Positions 1 through 8,204 of a stretch of 64,000 nucleotides of DNA are shown piece by piece. How positions within the stretch are numbered: the stretch's first letter is position 1; every line of letters starts with the position of its first letter. The notes under the pieces were generated by a model. That model searched no databases and was not told the DNA's origin. It saw only the letters and a program-made list of their open reading frames with translations. A program made the position numbers and the translations under genes. Source of the stretch: an uncultured Kiritimatiellota bacterium (GTDB taxonomy: Bacteria > Verrucomicrobiota > Kiritimatiellia > RFP12 > DVOR01); contig CALXSE010000001.1 of the NCBI GenBank assembly GCA_944391085.1, forward strand, positions 71,857 through 135,856, written 5' to 3'.

Positions 1-1354
1 TCTCGGCGTCGAGCGCGGCCATGGGGTCGAGGGCGCTGCCCTTGACGCCGGCGCGGACGTAGGCCTCGACGAGCTTTTGGAGGCGGGGGAGGGCCTCGGC
101 GTTGAGGCCGTAGCGCGAGATGGTCTTGCAGAAGGCGTCGACGGCGCCCTGCCAGTCGCCGGAGTCGAACTTCACGTCGGCCTCGACGAACTGGGCCTGG
201 CGGACCTTGGCGTCCTGCTCGGGGGTGGTGTTGAACTTGACGGCGGTGTTGTAGCGCGCCTGGATGATGCGGGTGATTTCGCTGGCCATCTCGCCGGCGC
301 TGGCGGCGGATTGGCTCTCGGGGTAGTTGACGTAGACGTTGACGAGGTGGTTGAGGGCGCCCTGGCCGTTGCGCTTCTTGGTCTCGGGGTCGCGCTCGCC
401 CAGGAGGAGGTTCTTGATGGTTTCCTCGTTGGGGGTGGGCTTGACGATCTCGGCCTGCGCCTCCCTCAGCAGCATGGAGCCGATGAGGTAGCGGCACTGC
501 GGCAGGGGGCTCTGGCGGAGGACGCCCTTGGCGCCGTCGGGGTCCATGCGCTTGTATTCCTCATGAATGGTCATGAGGGTGTCGAGGTAGTCGTTGATCA
601 TCTCCTGGGCGCCCTTGGTGTCGCCGCGGAGCATCTTGACGTGCGCCAGGCCGTTGATGGCGTCGCCGAAGTAGCCGTCCTGGCGCCAGACCATCTGGTT
701 GGCGAGGGCGTCGGCGTCCTTGAGCAGCTTCTCGCGCTCGGCGCCCTGGAGGGCCTCGGCCTGGGCGAGGAGGGCCTTGAGGTAGTCGGCGCGGACGAAG
801 TAGCGCACCTCGTCGGTGGGGGCCTGCTCCATCGCCTGCTTGTAGAGCGGCAGGGCGTCCTTGGCGCGGCCGATCTTCCCGAGCATCTGGATATAGAGGA
901 GCGCGGCGTTGACGTACGATTCCTTGGCCGCGTCGGGCACCTTCGTGAAGCGCTTGAAGAAGTCCGCGTACAGCTTGTCGGCCTCGGAGAACTTCGAGTA
1001 GGCGTAGTAGCTCTGCGCCAGCTCCAGCTTCAGCAGCCACGTGTCCAGCGAGTTCTGGTCGGGGCGCGCGGCGATTTCCTTCTCCACCTCGGCCTGCTTG
1101 CCGCCGCTCAGCTGGGCGCGGATCTGCGCGGCCTTCAGCACGCCGCCGGCGTCGGGCCAACGCTTCTGCGCGTCGGCGATCACCTGCTCGGTGAAGTCCG
1201 CGTAGCCGCCCTTCGAGAGCGCGTCGATGTAACGCACCTCCATCTGGAGCGCCGCGTCCTGGGCGCCCTCGGCGGGGGCCAGCGCCGGCAACAGCGCCAA
1301 CGCCGCGCCCAACGGCCACGCAAACCCCATCCGGCCCACTTGGTCAAAGCTCAT
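1..1354 (-). CDS. Secreted helical-repeat (TPR-like) protein, C-terminus cut by window edge
   Basis: Not in the ORF track because it runs off the window. Minus-strand translation from ATG (1354-1352) gives MSFDQVGRMGFAWPLGAALALLPALAPAEGAQDAALQMEVRYIDALSKGGYADF... and stays open for 451 codons to base 2. Signal-peptide-like N-terminus and Ala/Leu/Tyr/Lys-rich helical repeats. Track ORFs 77..1411(+) and 561..1319(-) are out-of-frame shadows. Confidence 0.6.
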   Translation of the reverse strand, partial: MSFDQVGRMGFAWPLGAALALLPALAPAEGAQDAALQMEVRYIDALSKGGYADFTEQVIADAQKRWPDAGGVLKAAQIRAQLSGGKQAEVEKEIAARPDQNSLDTWLLKLELAQSYYAYSKFSEADKLYADFFKRFTKVPDAAKESYVNAALLYIQMLGKIGRAKDALPLYKQAMEQAPTDEVRYFVRADYLKALLAQAEALQGAEREKLLKDADALANQMVWRQDGYFGDAINGLAHVKMLRGDTKGAQEMINDYLDTLMTIHEEYKRMDPDGAKGVLRQSPLPQCRYLIGSMLLREAQAEIVKPTPNEETIKNLLLGERDPETKKRNGQGALNHLVNVYVNYPESQSAASAGEMASEITRIIQARYNTAVKFNTTPEQDAKVRQAQFVEADVKFDSGDWQGAVDAFCKTISRYGLNAEALPRLQKLVEAYVRAGVKGSALDPMAALDAE

Positions 1355-1561
1355 AGCGATCCTTTCGGTCTGCCACCCGCGCCAACCGCGCAGATGATTT
1401 CAACGTCCTGAAGCATACCGCAATCCGCCCCCCCAGTCAAGCCTTTTCTCCCCCGCCATCACCGGGAAAGGCGCACGCCGGGATGGGGCGAAGGAGGCGG
1501 GCGGGGAAAGCCCCGCCGCCCCCGGGCAGGCCGCGGCCCGGCTTGCCCCCAGGCGCCCGCC

Positions 1562-1599
1562 CAAAACGAGGGCGGCCCCATCATCGCCGATGGGGCCGC
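1562..1599 (-). terminator. Possible intrinsic terminator after the 1200-aa gene
   Basis: Minus strand: GCGGCCCCATC-GGCGAT-GATGGGGCCGC (11-bp stem) followed by CCTCGTTTTGG. The U-run is short and offset by 5 nt. Confidence 0.4.
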
Positions 1600-1619
1600 G
1601 GGTTTTGAAGGGTGCGGGC

Positions 1620-4600
1620 TCAGTTCGCCTGCACGGGGTTGACCGCGCAGGGAAGCGGCGTGTTCCCTTGGAAGAGCTCGGCCGCCGGCAGGCCGCCGAG
1701 CGAGTCCCAGCGGAGCGTCCCGGAATAGACGGCCCCGTCGCGGGCGACGGCGTAGAACGGCACGGAGCCGTCGACGCGGAGCTTAGCATTCCAGTTGCAG
1801 CGCGTGCCGTCCGGGAGCGTCCCCTTGACGGTGACCTTGCCGCTGCGCTGCGACACCTTCACCTCGAGCGTCCCGCCCGTCCACGAGACCGTCGCCGGCG
1901 GCGGCTCGGCTTCCAGGGGCGTGGGGGCCTGGCCGAGCGCGGTGCCTTGCAGCACGTCGCCGAAGGTCACCGTCGCGCGGGTCGTGGGCTCCGTGAGCGT
2001 CGCGTCGACCTCGAGCGCCACCTTGAGCAGGCGCTCGTCGCGCTTCAGGGTGAGGAGGGCCGTGGCGCGCATCGTCTCGGCGTCGTAGACGAAGCCCTTG
2101 GAGGTGACGCGCGTCCGCTTCCCGTTCTCCCAGATCGTGGCGGTGACGTTCCCTTTCTCCTTGACCTCGACCTCGAAGGCCAGCGTGACGGGGCCGCCCT
2201 GGCCGTCGCTCAGCAGCCCTTGGTAGGTGTCCGCGTAGGCGTTGGGGAGGACGGTGACGGCGTACGTGCGGGTGATCGACTTCCGGCCGCCGTTCTTCGC
2301 CGTCACCTCGAGGGTGTACTGCCCCGGCTTGGTGGGGATCCCCTCCAGCTGGAAGGTCACCAGCCTCGTCTCCTTGTCCACGATCCTCCTGATGCGGACG
2401 CCGGACGGGAGGCCGCGCGCGGAGACTTGGTTGCCGCTGTCCGTCAGCACGGGCCAGAGCACCTCGGCGCCGGCCATCGTCTCGGGCTCCACCTCCACCT
2501 CGAGCGTGGGATCCGCCCAGTCGGCGACCTCAAAGGTGGAAGAGGCCTTCTCCTTGCCTTTGACGAAGGTGACGGTGTAGGTGCCGGGGCGCTTCGGGGT
2601 GCCGACGATGGTGCCGGTCTTGGCGTCCCAGCGCATACCTGCGGGAAGGCCGCTCACGCGGACATCGCCGATCGCCGAGAGGTCGAGCGGGGTGGTGACG
2701 CCGGCCTGGAAGGCGTAGCTGTCGGCCACGGGGATCTGGTCGGAGACGAAGTTCTTCACCTTCAGCGTGAAGGTTTCCTCGTGCTTCGCCCTGGAGGCGT
2801 TCGTCACGGAGACCGTGAACGTGAAGACGCCGGGCTTCTTCGGCGCGCCTTCGATGCATTGGGTCTTGCTGTTGTAGCGCAGGCCGGAGGGGAGCTTCCT
2901 GGCGCTCACCCTGGGCAGGGACTGCGACGTCACCACCACCGGCAGGCTCAGCTGCGTTCCCGCGGCATACCCGTCTTCGGGGAGCGCGCACGCGATCGCG
3001 ATCGCCGCGTCGTCGTCCACGGAGACGAAGCGCGCGGTGAAGGAGACGTCCTCCTCCGTCATCACGTACCGAAGCGTCGTGTCGCGATAGTCCTTGCCTT
3101 CGCTGGCGACGGGCTGTCCATCGGCGCCGTACCAGCCGGCGAAGACGTTGCCCTTCTCGGCCTTGGCGCGCAGCGTCACCTTCCTGCCCGCTTTGTAGGA
3201 GCCGGCGCCCCGCACGGTGCCCGCGCCCTCGGTGGCCACGCTGATCGTCGGGAGGGTGGGGTCATCCTCGGGCACGCTCGGATCCGGGTCGGGGGCGATC
3301 TCGCCGTCGCCGCGGTCGGGCAGGATGTCGCAGAAGGAGGGATCGGGCGCCGTGCCCGGCACGAAGGCGCCTTTCTCGTTGAGCTCCGGCAGGTAGTCGC
3401 GGTCGGGGCGGTTCTCGGAGAAGAGCGGCGCGAGGTAGAGCCGTTCGCCGAGGGCCGTGACCTGGGTGGGGGTGTTGAGCGAGGCTTTCACCTGGGCGGC
3501 CAGCTCCTTGCGCGCCGCGATGTCCGCCTCCGTCATCCCGCCGGGGGCGTTGAAGAGGTGGAGGTCGTCGTTGACCTCGCGCTCCCAGAGCGCGTCCAGC
3601 GCCGCCGGCGCGGTGGTGAGCATCTGCTCGGCGAAGGACTTCGCCTTCTGCAGGTCGGTGCTCACGCTCCCGCCTTTGCGCTTGACGAGGAACTTGGGCG
3701 ATTCCACGAGCCACACGGCGATTTCCTTCTCGCCGCCGAACAGGTGCCAGCCAGAGATGCCGTCGTAGTCGTAGTAAACATCCCACTGATTGAGCGGCTC
3801 CGTCTTCATCTCACCGGCCAGCCCGGGCAGGGTGATGGTCAGCGTGCCTTTGCCCGCGTCGATGGCATACGTGCCCTCGGCAAGCGTCTCCCAGAACCAC
3901 GCGGTCGCCGTTCCGGTCGGATAAAGGGACACGCTGAAAGGCCCTGTGTCCCCAAAGTCCAGGGTCAGGAAATGGGTCGCGCCCAACAGATCCGACGCCT
4001 TGACCCCGGACTCGGGCTTGAAGGTCAGGCGCAGGAGCAGATCGTCGCCGATGTAGCCGACCTGGAACGAGGAGGATTCCAGGAACTTTCCGCCTTCGCC
4101 CGGGCATTTTGGCGCCGCCGCCCAAGAGGCGTCGTCCGTCCCCTTGAGTTTCGTGGCCTCTTCGATATAGACCCACGGATTCTTGTAGTTCACGGGGAGG
4201 TCGTAGGTCTTGGCCAGCCAAAAGGCGGCGTTGGCGCCCTCCAGGGTGGCCTTCAGCAGCAGCGCGTCCGCCCCGTCGAAGCAGATCGCCCCGTCGATGA
4301 AGGGGAAGTCCTCATCCGTCAGCCGCATGCCGCCCCACGTCGCCGGGATCTTCGCGAGCGAGGCGATGGCGGAGGTGATCTTCGCCTGAACTTTGTCGGA
4401 GGTCATCACCTTGACGCCGTCATTGGGCTGATAGAGGTTGGTCTCGTCGTAGTTGCTCTCGTCAAACGTCCACACGCCGTCGTCGGCGGTGATGCCAAAC
4501 TCCTTCAGGGCCTTGCGGACGCCGGCGTCGGCATTCAGCTCGAAGAGCGTCATGAGCGCGTCCACCGCCGCCGTGGCGTTGGCGTCGTCGCCGTACTTCG

Positions 4601-5222
4601 CCAACAGGGTCGCTTCGAGCTCCGCGGCGCGGGCGTCCAGGTTGGGCTTGTACTGCGGAAACACCTGGCCATCATACTCCCAAACGGCGCCGCCGGAGGG
4701 CTTCAAGACATAGAACGACTGCCACTTGAGCATCTCTTCCCAAGACTGCTGATACGCCCCGCTTTCAGGGTAGGCGAACAGCGCCATCGCGCGGTCGTTG
4801 TACCACCACCCATCATACCGGAACTCGGAGACGGCCGGGCCGGTGAACCTCACCGTCAGGGGCGTAGTGCGCTCCTTGTACTCGTCCGTGTCCCAATTAT
4901 AATACTCGAAGAAGTCATTGCTCAGGATACTTGTCTTCGTCGAGGAATCGAACCGCCTCAGGCTTTGCGGAAGGACGATTTCCTCAATGGCAAGGTCGCC
5001 CTCGACGCTGCCGCACTGCACTTCGAGGACCGGGTTGCCGTCAAGCGTCCCGGGTACCGTGAGCCTTTTCGGGAACGTGCCGTCGACCGGGCTCCCGGAG
5101 GTGATGCGCACACCGTCGGGGATGTGCTCGTATTGCCAGTTATAGCCGTTGGCCACCTGGCTTTCGGCAAAGAGCCCGGCGGACAACCCAATGGCCGCCA
5201 GGCAGGTTAGACTGCATCTCAT
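1620..5222 (-). CDS. Large secreted surface protein with LRR-like N-terminus, InlB-B-repeat-like module and three putative-Ig repeats
   Basis: 1200-aa ORF with signal peptide MRCSLTCLAAIGLSAGLFA. Three repeats: GLPSGLRYNSKTQCIEGAPKKPGVFTFTV, GLPAGMRWDAKTGTIVGTPKRPGTYTVTF and GLPSGVRIRR...GIPTKPGQYTLEV. VATEGAGTVRGAGSYKAGRKVTLRAKAEKGNVFAGWYG resembles InlB B-repeats. SD AAAGGAGAAAC lies upstream of the ATG. Confidence 0.85.
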   Translation of the reverse strand: MRCSLTCLAAIGLSAGLFAESQVANGYNWQYEHIPDGVRITSGSPVDGTFPKRLTVPGTLDGNPVLEVQCGSVEGDLAIEEIVLPQSLRRFDSSTKTSILSNDFFEYYNWDTDEYKERTTPLTVRFTGPAVSEFRYDGWWYNDRAMALFAYPESGAYQQSWEEMLKWQSFYVLKPSGGAVWEYDGQVFPQYKPNLDARAAELEATLLAKYGDDANATAAVDALMTLFELNADAGVRKALKEFGITADDGVWTFDESNYDETNLYQPNDGVKVMTSDKVQAKITSAIASLAKIPATWGGMRLTDEDFPFIDGAICFDGADALLLKATLEGANAAFWLAKTYDLPVNYKNPWVYIEEATKLKGTDDASWAAAPKCPGEGGKFLESSSFQVGYIGDDLLLRLTFKPESGVKASDLLGATHFLTLDFGDTGPFSVSLYPTGTATAWFWETLAEGTYAIDAGKGTLTITLPGLAGEMKTEPLNQWDVYYDYDGISGWHLFGGEKEIAVWLVESPKFLVKRKGGSVSTDLQKAKSFAEQMLTTAPAALDALWEREVNDDLHLFNAPGGMTEADIAARKELAAQVKASLNTPTQVTALGERLYLAPLFSENRPDRDYLPELNEKGAFVPGTAPDPSFCDILPDRGDGEIAPDPDPSVPEDDPTLPTISVATEGAGTVRGAGSYKAGRKVTLRAKAEKGNVFAGWYGADGQPVASEGKDYRDTTLRYVMTEEDVSFTARFVSVDDDAAIAIACALPEDGYAAGTQLSLPVVVTSQSLPRVSARKLPSGLRYNSKTQCIEGAPKKPGVFTFTVSVTNASRAKHEETFTLKVKNFVSDQIPVADSYAFQAGVTTPLDLSAIGDVRVSGLPAGMRWDAKTGTIVGTPKRPGTYTVTFVKGKEKASSTFEVADWADPTLEVEVEPETMAGAEVLWPVLTDSGNQVSARGLPSGVRIRRIVDKETRLVTFQLEGIPTKPGQYTLEVTAKNGGRKSITRTYAVTVLPNAYADTYQGLLSDGQGGPVTLAFEVEVKEKGNVTATIWENGKRTRVTSKGFVYDAETMRATALLTLKRDERLLKVALEVDATLTEPTTRATVTFGDVLQGTALGQAPTPLEAEPPPATVSWTGGTLEVKVSQRSGKVTVKGTLPDGTRCNWNAKLRVDGSVPFYAVARDGAVYSGTLRWDSLGGLPAAELFQGNTPLPCAVNPVQAN

Positions 5223-5252
5223 GCTTGTTTCTCCTTTGCAGGGTTGAACAAA

Positions 5253-6002
5253 TCAAAAGGTCAAGGGGAGCGGCACACGCAAGGCGCGCCCGTCCCCGCG
5301 CAATGCCGTCAGGCAAAGCGTGTCGTCGGCGCCCTTCACGATGCGGGCCTGTTTCAAGGGCTCCCAATCGTTGGGGCGTTCGGCGAAGTGTGCGCGTGAG
5401 AGGGCGAGCCCCGGCTCCTCCCCCATCTGGAGGGTCGCGCCGGAAGCCCGCAGGAAGGGGACGTTGTCCTGGCCCTGCCGCCATCGCATCACGAGGCCGC
5501 GAATGCGGACGCCGCCATAGCGCCGGCGCGCCTCGACGCTCTGCGCGCCGGTCAGCTGCCCCAGGGAAAGCGGGGCGGGGGCGGTCACCGCGGAGGCGGC
5601 GTCATGGGCCGCGTCGGTGGGGAGCGTAAGGGTCAGGCGCTCGAGCACGAGCACGGGGCTAAACCCCATCGTCAGGAAGCCGAGCTTCCGGCGCTCCGCC
5701 CACGCCTTCCCGACGGTGGCCCACGGGGTCCCGGGCATCGTCTCGGAAGAGAGGCGCATCCCCGTGAAGAGATCCTCGCGCAACGGCACGGCGCGGCCGC
5801 CGCCCCGCCGCTCCTCCAGCGGGATCCACAGCACGCCAAAGGACATCGCCAGCACAATCCCCAGCGCCCCCAAGAGCATCGCGCCATCCGCGGCGCGCCG
5901 CCAACGTTTGGGCCACCGGGAATACCGTGCCGTCGAGGCCGCCCCCGCGCCCGGAGGGGGCCCCGCCCGCTTCCCATCCCTGCCTGTTCCCAACAGTCTC
6001 AT
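5253..6002 (-). CDS. Hypothetical single-pass membrane protein
   Basis: 249-aa ORF with ATG start. One hydrophobic helix (AMLLGALGIVLAMSFGVLWIPL) after an Arg-rich N-terminus. Only 30 nt upstream of the 1200-aa gene on the same strand. No family recognised. Confidence 0.6.
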   Translation of the reverse strand: MRLLGTGRDGKRAGPPPGAGAASTARYSRWPKRWRRAADGAMLLGALGIVLAMSFGVLWIPLEERRGGGRAVPLREDLFTGMRLSSETMPGTPWATVGKAWAERRKLGFLTMGFSPVLVLERLTLTLPTDAAHDAASAVTAPAPLSLGQLTGAQSVEARRRYGGVRIRGLVMRWRQGQDNVPFLRASGATLQMGEEPGLALSRAHFAERPNDWEPLKQARIVKGADDTLCLTALRGDGRALRVPLPLTF

Positions 6003-6026
6003 CGTATCCCCCGGATGCCGGATGCG

Positions 6027-6713
6027 TCACATCCCTTCCGTGGCGTTCAGGATGGCCTCCGTGATCGCGCTGAACTGCCCGACCTCGTCCTCGTTCAGCT
6101 CCAGCGAACGCGCGAGCGCCCTCAGGAGAAGCGCCCGTTCCGCACGCGCGGCGGCACGCAGGGACTGCTCGGCCTCGCTCAACGCGACCTTCCACTCAAA
6201 GGGGATCGGCCTCTCCTCCCACGCCATGACGGCGATTTCCGCGCGCAGTTCCTGAAGGCGCCCCAGGGTCTGCAAGTAAGACGCATGCGCGGAGGCTTCC
6301 TCGTTGGAGAGCAGCCCGGGGTCGACGGCGGCGAGGAAGTCCAGGCCCTCCGCGCGCCTGGCGGCCCACCTTTCGGCGGCCTGCCGCCAGGCCGCGGCGA
6401 AGCGCGCCTCGGCCTCGGGGGACAAGGGTTGGGCCTCGACACGCGTTTCCGGCACGGCCTCCGGCTCCCCCGGCTGCGTAGCGAAAGCCGCGCCCGGCGC
6501 GCCGCGCCGCGAGGCCGCCCGCCTCCGGGCGGGGGAGGCCCGCCTTGCCTCAACGGGGGCGGCGGCGCGCTCCGCCCGTTGCGGCAAGGCTTCCGCCGAA
6601 AGCGCCCGGGGCTCCCCCGGCGCCCACAGCGCCGTCGCCACGGAACCCGCCACGCCCCCCAAGCAAACCCCCAGCAGGCCGCACAACAGACACCCAAGCG
6701 TCCCCCGCGTCAT
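6027..6713 (-). CDS. Hypothetical membrane-anchored protein with helical C-terminal domain
   Basis: Start moved from the track start 6938 (GTG) to ATG 6713, giving MTRGTLGCLLCGLLGVCLGGVAGSVATALW (TM/signal anchor). This is followed by an Arg/Ala-rich linker and a helical domain. The upstream 75 codons look non-coding. No family recognised. Confidence 0.5.
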   Translation of the reverse strand: MTRGTLGCLLCGLLGVCLGGVAGSVATALWAPGEPRALSAEALPQRAERAAAPVEARRASPARRRAASRRGAPGAAFATQPGEPEAVPETRVEAQPLSPEAEARFAAAWRQAAERWAARRAEGLDFLAAVDPGLLSNEEASAHASYLQTLGRLQELRAEIAVMAWEERPIPFEWKVALSEAEQSLRAAARAERALLLRALARSLELNEDEVGQFSAITEAILNATEGM

Positions 6714-7030
6714 CGGCGGCCTCCCCTGCAGGCCCGGCGGGCTTCCCGCGACCGCCAGGGCGACGCGCCGCCCACGGGGGGCACAAAGCAACAGGCGGGC
6801 ACGCCGGCAACAAGGCGCGCCCCCCAACACACAATCTCCCTGGCCATGGCCATAGCCACGTCTCCATCCTGACCATGCGACGGAGAAGCCGTCAAGGCGA
6901 TGCCTCCGTCCGTTCCTGTCTCCTAAAAAGCCTCCCACAGCCTTGAATAGCCGTAAGGCCGCCTACGCCGCGCGGGGCTTCGGGCCGAAGGCCTCCCGCG
7001 GCGTCGGGAGGCGACTCCCGACTGCCCATT

Positions 7031-7058
7031 ACGATAACATACTACCCCCCCCCATCAA
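7031..7058 (-). promoter_or_regulatory. Predicted promoter TTGATG-N16-(TGT)TATCGT with a G9 tract in the spacer
   Basis: Minus strand reads GACTTGATGGGGGGGGGTAGTATGTTATCGTAATGG. The -35-like hexamer is at 7058-7053 and the extended -10 TGTTATCGT at 7039-7031. Confidence 0.4.
7045..7053. repeat. C9/G9 homopolymer
   Basis: actaCCCCCCCCCatcaag. Intergenic, inside the predicted promoter spacer. Confidence 0.95.
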
Positions 7059-7097
7059 GTCTTTTTTTCGCGCCCCGCGCCGTCGCCCGCCGCCCCT

Positions 7098-7126
7098 TTG
7101 TGCCGGCCTGGATTTCTTGGTATACT
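7098..7126 (+). promoter_or_regulatory. Predicted promoter TTGTGC-N17-(TGG)TATACT
   Basis: Extended -10 TGGTATACT at 7118-7126 with TTGTGC 17 nt upstream. The -10 ends 7 nt before ATG 7134 and there is no SD. Confidence 0.55.
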
Positions 7127-7133
7127 GCATAGT

Positions 7134-8204
7134 ATGAAAAAGCTTCTCTTTTGTGCGTTGTTGGCCGCGGCGGGGCCGCTGCTGGCGTTGACGGCGGAGA
7201 CGCGCGCCGCCGCGCAGGAGGCGTTGGGGCGCGGCTTCGCGTGGTTGCGCGCGGCGCAGCAGGCGGACGGCTCGTGGTCTGACCGCCGGTTCCCGGGGAT
7301 GAGCGCCCTGGCGCTGTGGGCGATGGCCAACGCGAAGGACGGGGCGAACGCCGGGGCGATGGCGAAGGCGGAGGCCTTCATCGCCTCCTGCGCGCAGCCC
7401 GACGGGGGGATCTACGTGCCCATCCCGGGGCGCCGGGGGAGCGGCCTGGGCAACTACAACACCTGCCTGTGCCTGACGGCCCTGCACGCGGCCGGGGCCA
7501 AGGAGCGGCGCGCGCAGCTCCTCCTTGGGGCGCGCGCCTACATCGCCAGCACGCAGATCGAGGCCGCGGGCCTCCACGAGGGCGGCTTCGGCTACGACAA
7601 AAGCTCGCCCCGGGCCTACACCGACCTGAACAACACCTTCTACGCCGTGGAGGCCATGCGCCTGACGGCAGACGTGGAGGAGCTCCGCCCCGGCCAGAAG
7701 CGCGTGGACATCGATTGGGACAAGGCCCGCGCCTACGTCCTCTCCATGCAGGAGACGGCGGGGGCGGACGCCGGCGGCTTCGTCTACAACCGCGAGACGC
7801 CGCGCGAGGGCGAGGCGCTGCGCGCGTATGGCTCGATGACCTACGCCGGGCTGCTGGCGATGCTCCATTGCGACCTGCGGCGCGACGACCCGCGCGTGCG
7901 CTCGGCCCTCCAGTGGCTGGGCAGGCACTGGTCGGTGGACGAGAACGCCGGCCAGGGCAACCAGGGCCTCTACTTTTACTACGACGTGCTCGCGCGCGCC
8001 CTCTCCGCCGCCCGGGTGGAGCGGCTGGCGCTGGAGGGCGGTGGCGAGGTGGATTGGCGCGAGGAGATGGCGCGGGCCATCCTCAGGCGCCAGCGGCCCG
8101 ACGGCGCGTGGGTGAACGAAAGCAACCGTTACTGGGAGGGCGACCCCGCGCTCTCCACCAGCTACGCGCTCCTGGCGCTGACGGTGGTGCTCGGCGATGC
8201 GTGA
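7134..8204 (+). CDS. Secreted prenyltransferase/squalene-oxidase-repeat (alpha/alpha-toroid) protein
   Basis: Start set at MKKLLFCALLAAAGPLLALTA (signal peptide). Repeated QxDGSW/QxDGG/RPDGAW motifs (AAQQADGSWSD, CAQPDGGIY, RQRPDGAWVN) are typical of terpene-cyclase/prenyltransferase repeats. Confidence 0.8.
   Translation: MKKLLFCALLAAAGPLLALTAETRAAAQEALGRGFAWLRAAQQADGSWSDRRFPGMSALALWAMANAKDGANAGAMAKAEAFIASCAQPDGGIYVPIPGRRGSGLGNYNTCLCLTALHAAGAKERRAQLLLGARAYIASTQIEAAGLHEGGFGYDKSSPRAYTDLNNTFYAVEAMRLTADVEELRPGQKRVDIDWDKARAYVLSMQETAGADAGGFVYNRETPREGEALRAYGSMTYAGLLAMLHCDLRRDDPRVRSALQWLGRHWSVDENAGQGNQGLYFYYDVLARALSAARVERLALEGGGEVDWREEMARAILRRQRPDGAWVNESNRYWEGDPALSTSYALLALTVVLGDA

Noticed and set aside
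1590-5210. 1206-aa plus-strand ORF opposite the 1200-aa surface-protein gene (likewise 77..1411 +)
   Set aside because: Gly/Arg/Ala/Leu/Val/Asp/Glu-dominated translation with no motifs, typical of an antisense shadow ORF in high-GC DNA. The opposite-strand product has a signal peptide and recognisable repeats.
5228-5250. TTGAACAAATCAA upstream of the 1200-aa gene, and TTGAAACGTCAA at 41955, as FNR/CRP-type boxes
   Set aside because: The half-site spacing (TTGA-N5-TCAA and TTGA-N4-TCAA) does not fit the TTGAT-N4-ATCAA (N6 between TTGA and TCAA) consensus.
6943-7137. 64-aa plus-strand ORF and the 108-aa/61-aa minus-strand ORFs in the long intergenic region
   Set aside because: Arg/Pro/Gly-rich, with no SD or promoter in a suitable position. 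The region is better explained as promoter plus structured leader.
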